From: Octopus vulgaris
Lineage: Eukaryota
Direction: 5' to 3'
Assembly: GCA_951406725.2 (NCBI GenBank)
Contig: OX597836.1
Coordinates: forward strand, 20,584,001-20,648,000
DNA: 64,000 nt
This document shows positions 1 through 11,880 of the stretch, piece by piece (position 1 is the stretch's first letter; each line of letters opens with the position of its first letter). The notes beneath the pieces were generated by a model that ran no database searches, was not told the DNA's origin, and worked only from the letters and a program-made list of their open reading frames with translations. The position numbers were made by a program, and so were the translations under genes.

Positions 1-308
1 AATTTATGAGCAAGTGACTGAGCATTCTACAGACACGTGTACCCTTAACGTAGTTCTCGGGGAGATTCAGTGTGACAAGGCTGGCTCTTTGAAGTACAGG
101 TACAGCAGAAACAGGAAGAAAGATTGAGTGAAAGTTATGGTGAAAGAGTACAGCAGGGTTTGCCACCACCTCTTGCCAGAGACTCGTGGTGCTTTAGGTG
201 TTTTTGCTCAATAAAAACTCACAACACCCGGTCTGGGAATTGAAACCGCGATTCTACGACCATAAGTCTACTGCCCTAACCACTGGGTCATTGCACCTCG
301 CCTCCACA
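1..308 (-). mobile_element. tRNA-derived SINE, family C (head near 300), partial
   Basis: Minus strand shows tRNA A/B-box-like motifs (cagtggttagggc...ggtttcaattccc); related pieces at 9262-9450, 26400-26690, 35630-35765. Confidence 0.65.
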
Positions 309-1173
309 CACACACATATATATAGACACATACACACAGACTTGTAGATGTCACCTCCTATGTGTGTGTGTACATACATATAGGCATGAAGAATGGAAAG
401 AGCTGAAACACTTATTGCAAGGAATTTAACTTATGCACCACTGATTTGATCAACCCACTTTTTTGTGTTCTAAATATTCTTAATCAGGAGAGAAAGCAGT
501 GCTCATAACCCTTCACAGGGTCTTCTGGGGACCTTACACAAACGCTTACAACAGAACAAATTCTGCTAAAGATACTCAATGTACTACATGGTCTTAGACC
601 AAATGACCAATTAAGTCTACCACCCAAGTAGTCCATGGTGGGACTAGAACTCAGAACAAGTACGATAAGATATCTGGTTCAACGTTCTTACAGTTCCACC
701 AAACCACTGCCCTGATTAAATACTTTTTTTTTATTGACCCCCCATAAAAGGATGAAAAGCAAAGTTGACTGCAGAGTGCAGAGAGTCAGAGAAAATACTG
801 CAAAGCATTTTTGTCCGACACTCGACTGACTCAGTTTGCTGCCCTCTATTTGACAATACAGATCAATAAAAGAATTAGCAGACTGAATAAATTACTGGGG
901 ATCAATATGATTGATTAAAATGTTTCAAGGATTCGTCTCCCCAATATGACTGCAGTCCAAACTGTTGAAATGCGTGTCAGAGGAGAGAAAGTGGAGGAAA
1001 AAGAAATTGAATAGCGAGAATGATGACAAATATTTACAGAGATGAGTATTCTCAAACACAAACAGAAGAAGAAAAAAAGAAAAAAAACCTAAGAAGGAAC
1101 AACTTTATCAAGTGGCAGAAGATAAAGACATTTAAAACACAAGCTAGGGATGGAGAGCAACAAATAACAGAAA

Positions 1174-1197
1174 CATATATATATATATATATATACA

Positions 1198-1257
<60 letters not shown>

Positions 1258-1266
1258 TATAATGCA

Positions 1267-1311
<45 letters not shown>

Positions 1312-1314
1312 GCA

Positions 1315-1358
<44 letters not shown>

Positions 1359-1466
1359 TACATACATACATATATGTATGTATGAATGTATATGTGCATG
1401 TGTATATACATATGTTTATGCATATATAAATATATATATATATATATAATTAAATATGCATATATA

Positions 1467-1508
<42 letters not shown>

Positions 1509-1550
1509 TACACATATATATACACATTTATGTATATAGATGCACATACA
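1174..1550. repeat. (TA)n/(CA)n compound microsatellite
   Basis: Direct reading; source of the YIYI ORFs. Confidence 0.97.
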
Positions 1551-1729
1551 GAGAAAGAGTGAGAGAATTCACAAAATAAATTGAATGCTTTAGGAATGGT
1601 TTTTATTAAATCTGTTAATTCTAATTAGAATTTAACTTCTTTGTTTTCTTTTCAACATCTGAATCATTTCTCCACCTTCCCCACCAATGTCTCCTCATTT
1701 AATTCACAAGAGATTGCAATTACAAACAT

Positions 1730-1742
1730 TATCTATCTATCC

Positions 1743-1812
<70 letters not shown>
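1730..1812. repeat. (TCTA)n tetranucleotide microsatellite
   Basis: About 20 tandem TCTA units. Confidence 0.97.
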
Positions 1813-2383
1813 ATATGTATATATATTAGAAGGTTTGGAGATGATGTACAGATATTTTATATTAGAAAAAATGAGGTACTCAGAAATTTGGATGGTTTTA
1901 TATTTACAGATATTTATTTGTATATTACATGTTTTTATACGTCATATAACTTATATCATATATTAGCGCTTTCTCCCATTCTAGTGGGTTTTTCAAATTG
2001 AACTATATATATATGTATGTATGTATATACACATACATGCAAATTTATAGGTATAATTTAATTAAAATGCACTGCTCTACAATCTATTTGTATTCCCCAG
2101 GCACTGATAAAGACATCGTCTTCAAGTAGGAATTACCAGGAAGGTAAATCAAGGTGGTCCTGCACTTTGTCTCACCTGCCTAATAGGAGAGTGATTAATA
2201 TGTATGGATACAGGCATGGTTATATGGTTAAGAAGTTTTCTTAGAAATCCCGTGGTTCTGGGTTCCATTGTGCAACACCTTGGACAAGTGTCTTTTTATG
2301 GGTGGAAGCCAACCAACATCTTTAAAGTGTTTTTAGGCAGACAGAAACAATGTGGAAACCAACCTGTTGAATATATACATATA

Positions 2384-2758
2384 TACTCTTTTTACTCTTT
2401 TACTCTTTTACTTGTTTCAGTCATTTGACTGCGGCCATGCTGGAGCACCACCTTTTAGTACTTATTCTATCGGTCTCTTTTTGCCGAACCGCTAAGTAAC
2501 GGGGACATAAACACACCAGCATCGGTTGTCAAGCAATGCTAGGGGGACAAACACAGACACACAAACACACGCATACATATATATATACATATATACGACA
2601 GGCTTCTTTCAGTTTCCGTCTACCAAATCCACTCACAAGGCATTGGTCGGCCCGGGGCTATAGCAGAAGACACTTGCCCAAGATGCCACGCAGTGGGACT
2701 GAACCCGCAACCGTGTGGTTGGTTAGCAAGCTACTTACCACACAGCCACTTTTGCGCC
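2384..2758 (-). mobile_element. tRNA-derived SINE, family A, full length (tRNA-like head, cttgggcaagtg core, internal TA/CA tract, gtaaaaga tail)
   Basis: Near-identical copies at 11470-11880, 33210-33615 (opposite orientation) and 56428-56818. Confidence 0.9.
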
Positions 2759-2924
2759 TATATAAGCTAATAAAGTTGGTTTTTGGTTCATCATCTGTAT
2801 TTTTGAAAAGTTACCATTATTGAAACCTATTGTTCTGAAATATTACATTCATGCTCTCTACTCTATCTGACTTTTTTTAATCACTACTGTAATGGCTTCT
2901 GTTCTTTGAGAGGTGGTTCATTTT

Positions 2925-3135
2925 GCATCATTGTAGCATCTCCACTCAGCCATTCTCATCTCTACTAGTGTACTTTGTATCTCATCACTCCTGTTGCAGC
3001 CAGCCCTCAAAGCTCTGTTCTAGCTACTACGCTCAAGCCTTCCTCCTCAGAATATCATCCCTCTGGAATCTCTTCCTTCAGATGTCAACTTGCAACACTT
3101 TAAATGGATCATAAACACCACCAATCTCAGATGAC
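2925..3135 (+). mobile_element. Decayed 3' fragment of a CR1/Jockey-group LINE
   Basis: YYAQAFLLRISSLWNL resembles the SFFPRTSRLWNSLP C-terminal motif of CR1/Jockey-group ORF2. Confidence 0.5.
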
Positions 3136-3569
3136 CAGCAAATGCCATGGCCACTGCTCCAACTTCCAGATCCAGCAAGTGAAAAAACAAAAAAACAAAA
3201 AAGAAAAACACAAGTCTTATACAGCTAGTACAGTTTAAACCCACAATTTAAATCAGTGGTTTTCAACTGGGGTCCATAAAAGACTTTCATTCTTAAAATT
3301 TATCTGCAATAAATTGGTTATACTTTTACAATACACAAAATATTTGAACTTTTTATAGAATTCCTAATAATATTTAATTATAAAAATACAGTAGGATTTT
3401 TTCAAATAGCTATGGAGGTCCATCCGAGTAAAATTGGAATCAAAGGGATCCACAGGCAAGAAAAAATGGTTGAGAATCACTGATTTAAATGAAAATTTTG
3501 GAGGAGAGAGGTCTTTTCCCAACCTGAAATTGAAACAATGTTGGCAGGTTTCACTCTCTGGAAACTTAC

Positions 3570-3592
3570 TTATCAGTTGTGTTCTTCCCTTT
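3570..3592 (-). CDS. Candidate 23-nt microexon (phase 2 to 1; IKGRTQLI)
   Basis: Acceptor ttttttcttccacatatgccAG, donor AA/GTAAGT; restores the frame after the 58-nt exon (58+23=81). Confidence 0.45.
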
Positions 3593-4457
3593 CTGGCATA
3601 TGTGGAAGAAAAAAAAAAAACCCACTATTTGCAAGTTTGTGTTTGTTTAACATAAACCAAACAAATTCCACAGTTAACATTAAATAATTAAGTCTATCTT
3701 TATCACCTCTATACTATCACTCCTTTTCTCTCTCTATCTATCACAAACACACACACAGACTATTACTCTCTCTCTCTCTCTTTCTATGCCATGCACACTC
3801 ATTATTCCATTCTCACAACCAAACACACACACACACACACACACAAAATTATATATACATATAGATAAATGCTGACACAGACTATCATTCCCTCTCTACA
3901 ACATCCAACTCTTTCTCTGTTCCACACATTAATACTACAACTATCTCACATGCACACACTCAAATTATCATTCTTTTTCTTCTATGCACACACACACACA
4001 CATACAGACACACACACACACATACACACACACACACACAATCACACACACATTCTCTCTCTCTTTCCCATGCATGAATACAACCACAATCTTATACTTA
4101 ACACATAAGCTATTACTACCAGACACATTCATACACACACACACACATATATAAATATATTCAACAGTTAGCGTGTATATATGAGGAGTTTCATTTCTTC
4201 CGTTTTTATTATATATACTGGAAGGTGTCAGCAGGGAATCCCTTACCCCTGTCTCTCTCACTCTCACATCCTCATGGGTATTCCATTTACCTCCCACTCA
4301 TTCTATTCTTCCTTCTTTCCTCTCATAAGTGTTTAAAGTACACACACACATGAACACGGAGTGGTTTCCTTTTTGCTCCTTTCTATAAATTCCTATATAC
4401 AAAAGTGTTAGAAAGCTTCAAGTGAACTTGATAGACGGAAACTGTGTGGAACCCCTT

Positions 4458-4502
<45 letters not shown>

Positions 4503-4504
4503 TT

Positions 4505-4727
4505 TTCTTTACTACCCACAAGGGGCTAAACACAGAGGGGACAAACAAGGACAGACAAAGGGATTAAGTCGACTACATCGACCCCAGTGCGTAACTGGTA
4601 CTTAATTTATCGACCCCGAAAGGATGAAAGGCAAAGTCGACCTCGGCGGAATTTGAACTCGGAACGTAACGACAGACGAAATACGGCTACGAATTTCGCC
4701 CGGCGTGCTAACATTTCTACCAGCTCG

Positions 4728-4731
<4 letters not shown>
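4505..4731 (-). mobile_element. SINE family B (head ggcgagctgg, central gtcgactttgcctttcatcctttcggggtcgataaa domain)
   Basis: Closely similar copies at 6172-6392 (+), 17208-17440 and 25602-25833; CpG-rich, so probably young. Confidence 0.88.
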
Positions 4732-4784
<53 letters not shown>

Positions 4785-4927
4785 TGTGTGTTTGTTTGCA
4801 TCTGTGTTTGTTCACCACCTACTGCTTGATGGCTAGTGTTGGCTTGAATGCACCCCCCCATAACTTAGCAGTTCAGCAAAGAATACTGCTATAATTAGAA
4901 TATGTACAATCACACACACACACTCTG

Positions 4928-4990
<63 letters not shown>

Positions 4991-5384
4991 CTTTCCCATG
5001 CATGAATACAACCACAATCTTCAAAACACTAAATAAATACTGGAGGTGATCTGTTTGACTAAAACCCCTTCAAGGTGGTGCTCCAGCATGACCAAGTCCA
5101 ATGACTGAAACAAGTAAAAGATAAAAGCTACTTATATCATAAAGGGTTCAAATTTTGGCCACCAGGTTTGGGGGAAGGGGTGAGTCAATTACATCGACCC
5201 CAGTGTTCAACTGGTACTTATTTTATCGACCCCGAAAGAATGAAAGGCAAATTTGACCCATGCAGTATTTGAACTCAGAACATAAAGTTGGGGAAAAAAA
5301 CCTGCAGAGCAATTTGTCTGGCACAGTAACAATTCTGCCAGCTTAGTGTGTTAATATATATATGCGTATCTACGTGTGTATGTA

Positions 5385-5940
5385 TATATATGTATGTATG
5401 TATGTATGTATGCATGTATGTATGTATGTATCTATGCATGTATGTATGTATGTATGCATCTATGCATGTATGTATGTATGTATCTATGCATGCATGCATG
5501 TATGTATGCATCTATGCATGTATGTATGTATGTATCTATGCATGCATGCATGTATGTATGTATGTATGTATCTATGTATGTATGTATCTATGCATGTATG
5601 TATGTATGTATGTATGTATGTATCTATGCATGTATGTATGTATGTATGTATGTATGTATGTATGTATGTATCTATGCATGTATGTATGTATGCATGCATG
5701 TATGTATGTATCTATGCATGTATGTATGTATGTATGTATGCATGTATGCATGTATGTATGTATGTATCTATGCATGTATGTATGTATGTATGTATCTATG
5801 CATGTATGTATGTATGTATGTATGTATGCTGTATGTATGTATGTATGTATGTATGTATCTATGCATGTATGCATGCATGTATGTATGCATGCATGTATGC
5901 ATGTACATATGTATGTATGTACGTACATATGCATGCATGC
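5385..5940. repeat. (TATG)n microsatellite with CATG/TCTA variants, about 550 bp
   Basis: Direct reading; source of the MYVC ORFs. Confidence 0.97.
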
Positions 5941-6171
5941 AAGTATTATAAAATATTGGGAAGCTGTTTGTGTGAATATACTGACAGGATGTAGGTTATA
6001 GAGAATGTGTGTCACCATGGATGTGTAGGTGGAGAATGAGTGAAGTGGCAGGAGTCTGATCAGGCAGCTGTTAGTTACATGGCATGGCTGTGCTGTTAAG
6101 ACGTTTGCTGCACAGCCACAAGGTTTTGAGTTCAGCCTCACTGTGCAGCACCTTGGGTGAGTGTCTTCTAT

Positions 6172-6392
6172 TGCTGGCAGACACGTTAGCGCGCCGGGCG
6201 AAATGCTTAGCGGTATTTCGTCTGTCGTTACGTTCTGAGTTCAAATTCCGCCGAGGTCAACTTTGCCTTTCATCCTTTCGGGGTCGATAAATAAAGTACC
6301 AGCTTCGCACTGGGGGCGATATAATCGACTCAATCCCTTCGTCTGTCCTTGTTTGTCCCCTCTATGTTTAGCCCCTTGTGAGCCGTAAAGAA
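6172..6392 (+). mobile_element. SINE family B nested within an older family A SINE
   Basis: Family A head at 6080-6172 and body resuming near 6425 flank the family B copy. Confidence 0.8.
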
Positions 6393-6488
6393 ATGTATTA
6401 CAAACCTGGTGTCAATTAATGCTGTGTGAGTGGATGTAGCTGATGGAAACTGGGAGGAGGCTTACAGCATACGTGCATGTGTTAGTGT

Positions 6489-6533
<45 letters not shown>

Positions 6534-6724
6534 TCACTGCTTGATACCTGGTGTTTGTTTATATCCCTGTAACTTTGAGATTTGGCAAAAAAAAAAAAAA
6601 AAGAGACTGAGAATAACTACAAGACTTGAAAAGTAAATCCTAGGGTTAATTTGATGACTAAACCCTCAAGGCAGTGCCACTGCAGGGCTGCAGTCCAATG
6701 ATTTAAACAATTACACATAGACAC

Positions 6725-6785
<61 letters not shown>

Positions 6786-7024
6786 TATTCTTTTTCTTTC
6801 ATTCTTTTACTTGTTTCAGTTATTTGACTACAGCCATGCTGGAGCACTGACTTTAGTCAAACAAATCGACCCCAGGACTTATTCTTTGTAAGCCTAGTAC
6901 TTATTCTGTCGGTGTCTATTGCCAAATTGCTAAGTTACGGGGATGTAAACACACCAACATCAGTCGCCAAGCAATACTGGGGAGACAAACACAGACACAC
7001 AAAGACACACATACATATATATAC

Positions 7025-7840
7025 TTTGCAGGCTCGAAAGAAATGAAACTAGCATGATCCGCTGGATGTGTAATGTCAGTGTGCACTCACGACAGAGTGT
7101 ACGCGCCCTGAGAGAAATGTTGGCCATACGAAGCATCGGATGTGGTGTGCAAGAGAGACATTTGCACTGGTATGGTCATGTACTATGGATGGATGAGGAG
7201 AGATGTGTGAGGAAATGTCACTCCCAAACTGTTGAAGGAATCTGGGGTAGAGGTAGACCTAGGAAGACATGGGATGAGGTGGTGAAGCATGACCTTCGAA
7301 TGTTGGGCCTCACAGAGGAAATGCTGAAAGACCGAGACCTCTGGAGATATGCTGTGACTGCGAAGACCTGGCAATTAAAGTGAGTTCACGGCTGTATGCT
7401 ACACCAGTTTCGCATAACCAGCCCCAGCCCATTCTAAAGTACCTTGGATTGTAGGGTGACCTACTATGCTTGAGGAGACCTATTGAGTCAAGTACATCAA
7501 CATCAAAATTAAAATCAAATGGAAATTGTAGTTGTGATACCCGAGCCGATGGCATGTAAAAAGCACTATCTGAATGTGGCCGATGCCAGTGCTGCCTTGA
7601 CTGGCTTCTGTGCCAGTGGCATGTAAAATGCACCAACTGATCATGGTCACTGCCAGCTTCCCCTGGCCCCTGTGCTGGTGGTACGTAAAAAGCACCCACT
7701 ACACTCACGGAGTGGTTGGCATTAGGAAGGACATCCAGCTGTAGAAACGCTGCCAGATCAGACTGAGCCTGGTGCTAACATCCAACCCATGTTAGCATGG
7801 AAAATGGACGTTAAACGATGATGATGATGATGATGATGAT
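7025..7840 (+). mobile_element. 5'-truncated RTE-clade LINE: ORF2 C-terminus, 3' UTR and (GAT)n tail
   Basis: LHWYGHVLWMDEERCVRK...GRGRPRKTWDEVVKHDL...DRDLWR is the typical RTE C-terminus; the UTR has ggcacgtaaaaagcac subrepeats and ends ttaaacg(atg)n. Confidence 0.88.
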
Positions 7841-7964
7841 GGGCTTCTTTCAGTTTCTGTCTACCAAATCCACTCAAAAGGCTTTGGTTAGCCTGAGGTT
7901 TATGGTAGAAGGTGTCACACAGAACCATGTGGTTGGAAAGCAAGCTTCTTACCACACAGCCACT

Positions 7965-8083
7965 CATATAGATACACACACATACAAATATATATATATA
8001 TATGTAACTCGATACATATATGTACATACACAAACATGTACATATATACATACATGCATATATATATACACATATGGACATAC

Positions 8084-8114
<31 letters not shown>

Positions 8115-8377
8115 TACACATACATATATATATACATATGGACATACATATATATATATATATATTACATATATACACATACATATATATATATACATAT
8201 ATACACATACATATATATATATATACAGATATACACATACATATATATATATATACAGATATACACATACACACACATATATATACATACATTATCTGCA
8301 TGCACACATGCAAATAAACATGCAAGCACAGACATATACATACATATACACATGCACACACACGTATACATATACAC

Positions 8378-8412
<35 letters not shown>

Positions 8413-8425
8413 AATACGTGCTTAC
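7965..8425. repeat. (TA)n/(CA)n compound microsatellite
   Basis: Direct reading. Confidence 0.95.
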
Positions 8426-8577
8426 ATACACACCAATACATAAATTCAAACATGGACTTGTGAGTGAATCCTTCATGAATAAACAAAACTCTATGCTTCA
8501 TGTAACATCTGCTGAATTCAGACTGATATTCCACCCACTACGCACGTCCGTGTTGACAGGTATTTACCATAACTTAC

Positions 8578-8635
8578 ATCCTGCTAGTCAATCCCGCATC
8601 CCAGGCATGCCCCCAGCTTTCCCAATTCTTTATAT
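8578..8635 (-). CDS. Candidate 58-nt alternative exon (phase 1 to 2; [19 protein letters not shown])
   Basis: Acceptor ctctctttatttAG, donor AT/GTAAGT; open only in the frame delivered by exon 14730-14799; sits in unique non-repeat sequence. Confidence 0.45.
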
Positions 8636-9017
8636 CTAAATAAAGAGAGCGAGGTTGTTACCCTTTAATATATTCTCACTCTGGGGAATTCATTACTTTT
8701 CCTGTTGAATCTGTCACTGAATTTGTGCAAACAAAACCAAAAATAATTTCAATCCCACAGAACCAACCGATACCATATAGTTACAAATATTCTTTGACTC
8801 TTTAACTGGTTTCACTGTTTGGTGCTGGGTTTTTGTACATCTTGCATCTGCTTAATTCCACTCTCATTCCATTAATGTAGCTAACCCAAGGCAACTGTAG
8901 AAGACACTTGCCTAAATTGCAGCACAGTATAGATCAAATGTTGAAACATATGGTTACAGAGCCAATTTCTTAATTATTATGCAACTGCTGTGTTAACATA
9001 TATTTTCACATTTTCAT

Positions 9018-9222
9018 CTGGCACCTGTGTCGGTGGCACGTAAAAAGCACCCACTACACTCACGGTGTGGTTGGCATTCGGAAGGGCATCCAGCCGTAGA
9101 AACATTGCCAGATCAGGCTGGGCTTGGTACAGCCTTCTGGCTTCCCAGACCCCAGTTGAACTGTCCAACCCATACTAGCATGGAAAGCGGACGCTAAACA
9201 ATGATGATGATAATGATGATCA
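9018..9222 (+). mobile_element. RTE 3'-tail-derived repeat (SINE-like or truncated LINE)
   Basis: Same tail as 7670-7840; other copies at 9850-10135, 15512-15757, 18700-19202, 35228-35515, 37018-37380, 42143-42390, 46152-46440, 55501-55763. Confidence 0.85.
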
Positions 9223-9744
9223 TTAATTTGTTGAGTATTTTACACTATTTTTCTGTACTTAAATATACTGGCACTGCGTTGCTTATGACAATGAGGGTTC
9301 CAGTTGATCTTGATCAACAAAACAGTCTGCTTGTGAAATTTACATGCAAGTGGCTGAACAATTCCCAGACATGCGTACCATAAAATATGACAACCCTAAC
9401 CCTTTGAAACACAGGTACTAACTCATTTTTGCTAGCTGAGTGAATTGGCAAAATAGAAACGATCATCAGTAATCTATGGTGTAATCATCAATTAAACATG
9501 TGATCTTCTCTATTCTTGTTCTTGTTGTCATATACTCCAAATTTCTTGAAATACATCTAAAGGATATTTGGATTTATTTGTCATGCACAAAGAGTTATTT
9601 TGGATATTAATTCTACTTGAATTTATTAATATCTGATTGTTTAATTGAAACAAGTTTGTTTAACACTGAGTGCTTTCTAGATATCTGCCTGCATTTATTA
9701 ATTCCTTTTACTTATTATTACTATTATATTACTATTATTATTAT

Positions 9745-9802
<58 letters not shown>

Positions 9803-11469
9803 TACATACATACACATATATCTTTCATCTTTCTTATTGTTTCATCATCATCATGGATGGTTTGACTGAGGACTGGTGAGCCAGAAGGCTGCACCAGGCT
9901 CTAATCTGATCTGACAAAATTTCTACAGCTGGATGCCCTTCCTAACGCCAACCACTCCAAGAGTGTTGTGGGTGCTTTTACGTGCCACCGGCATGAGGGC
10001 CAGTCAAGCAGTTCTGGCAACGACCATGCTCAAAAGGTGTTTTTTACATGCTACCTGCATGGAGCCAGTCCGGCGGCACTGGCAACGACCATGCTCAAAT
10101 GCTGTTTTTCACGTGCTACTGGCATGTGCTGGTAAGGTGACTCTAGGGTTTCGTTCAAATGAATCACTTCCAGTCCATATTTTCCTAATCCTGGTACTAA
10201 TTCTATTAGTCTCTTATGCTGAATTACCAAATCAAAACATGCTGTGAAGAGGTGGTGGGAGAGAAAAGACAGACGTACACACAAATATATACAAACATCC
10301 ACACATGATGGACTTCTTTCAGTTTCTTTCTACCAAATCCACTCACAAGACTTTGGTTAGCCAGAACTAGAAGACACTTTCTTATGGCACCATGCTGTGG
10401 GACTGAACCCGGGACCATGTGATTGGGAAGCAAACTTCTTACCACAAAGCCATGCTTGCTCCTAAATATATATGGGTATAAATACTAAAGAGAGAATCTG
10501 TACATGATCACTTGACCTGCTAGTAATAGCAGTAAAATCTCTCTCAGATCACACCGCTATCATCTTAAATAACGACAATGTAGTCCCTAACAAATAAAAG
10601 AATAAGTCCTGGAGTCGATTTGTTTGACTAAAGGCATTGCTCCAGCATGGCTGTAGTCAAATAACTGAAACAAGTAAAAGAATGAAAGAAAAAGAATATG
10701 TATATATATATATATATGTATATATGTGTCTATGTGAAATTGTTTAAATCATTGGACTGCAGCCATGCAATGGCACCGCTTTGAGGGTTTAGTCATGAAC
10801 TATTGAGTTATGTTTCTTATACCAAAAATTAATGTTGCTGTTTGACAAAGAGAGAACAATTCAATAAATACCAGAATGAAATAAATACCGGGAATCCAGG
10901 AATTGATGTGATTAGCTAAAAAGACCTTAAAGGTGGTGTCCCAGTATGGCCGCGCACTGATGATCAGTAGAAGAATAAACACTGCTATTTCATTATTATT
11001 CTGGATTGCCATTTCTTTCTTATCAGTCCTTTTGGCATGATTAAGAATACGGAAAACGTACGTCCAATAATCATATTTGTGGATTATTCTAAATGAATTA
11101 TCCATACACATGCCGACATGGAAAGCGGATGTCAAGCGATGATGTTGATGATGATGATGATAATTATTCATAAATATAATTTCTTTTGGAAACCATGGAC
11201 AATAATCATACGAGTGGAAGTTTTGAAGGAAATCTGGTTGTTTATCCATTGGATATTATAAATATGGTAATGAAATAAATCCAGATAAAATTGTGGCACT
11301 AATACCATATTAGAGATGACATCGTAATTAAATATCTATGAGAGAGATTATCCTTTACAATCTTCCATTTCTGTTCTCTCATATACCCGTGTTGCATCTT
11401 GAGGGTATGCCCTCACCATCTCTTCTGCTCATTCCAGCTGGGGGGAGCCATGTATTTTCTCGTCGTGTA

Positions 11470-11880
11470 TACTCCTTACTCTTTTACTCTTTTACCTGTT
11501 TCAGTCAGTTGACTGCGGCCATGCTGGAGCACCGCCTTTAGTCGAGCAACTCGACCCCAGGACTTATTCTTTGTAAGCCCAGTAATTATTCTATCGGTCT
11601 CTATTGCTGAACCGCTAAGTGACGGGGACATAAACACACCAGCATCGGTTGTCAAGCAATGCTAGGGGGACAAACACAGACACACAAACATACACACACA
11701 CATATATATATATATATACATATATACGACGGGCTTCTTTCAGTTTCCGTCTACCAAATCCACTCACAAGGCTTTGGTCGGCCCGAGGCTATAGTAGAAG
11801 ACACTTGCCCAAGGTGCCATGCATTGGGGCTGAACTCGCAACCATGTGGTTGGTAAGCAAGCTACTTACCACATAGCCAC
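11470..11880 (-). mobile_element. SINE family A, full length
   Basis: Matches 2384-2758. Confidence 0.9.

Noticed and set aside
2101-2143. Plus-strand exon-like segment (ttccccAG...AAG/GTAAAT)
   Set aside because: Antisense to the host gene, with no partner exons or recognisable product.
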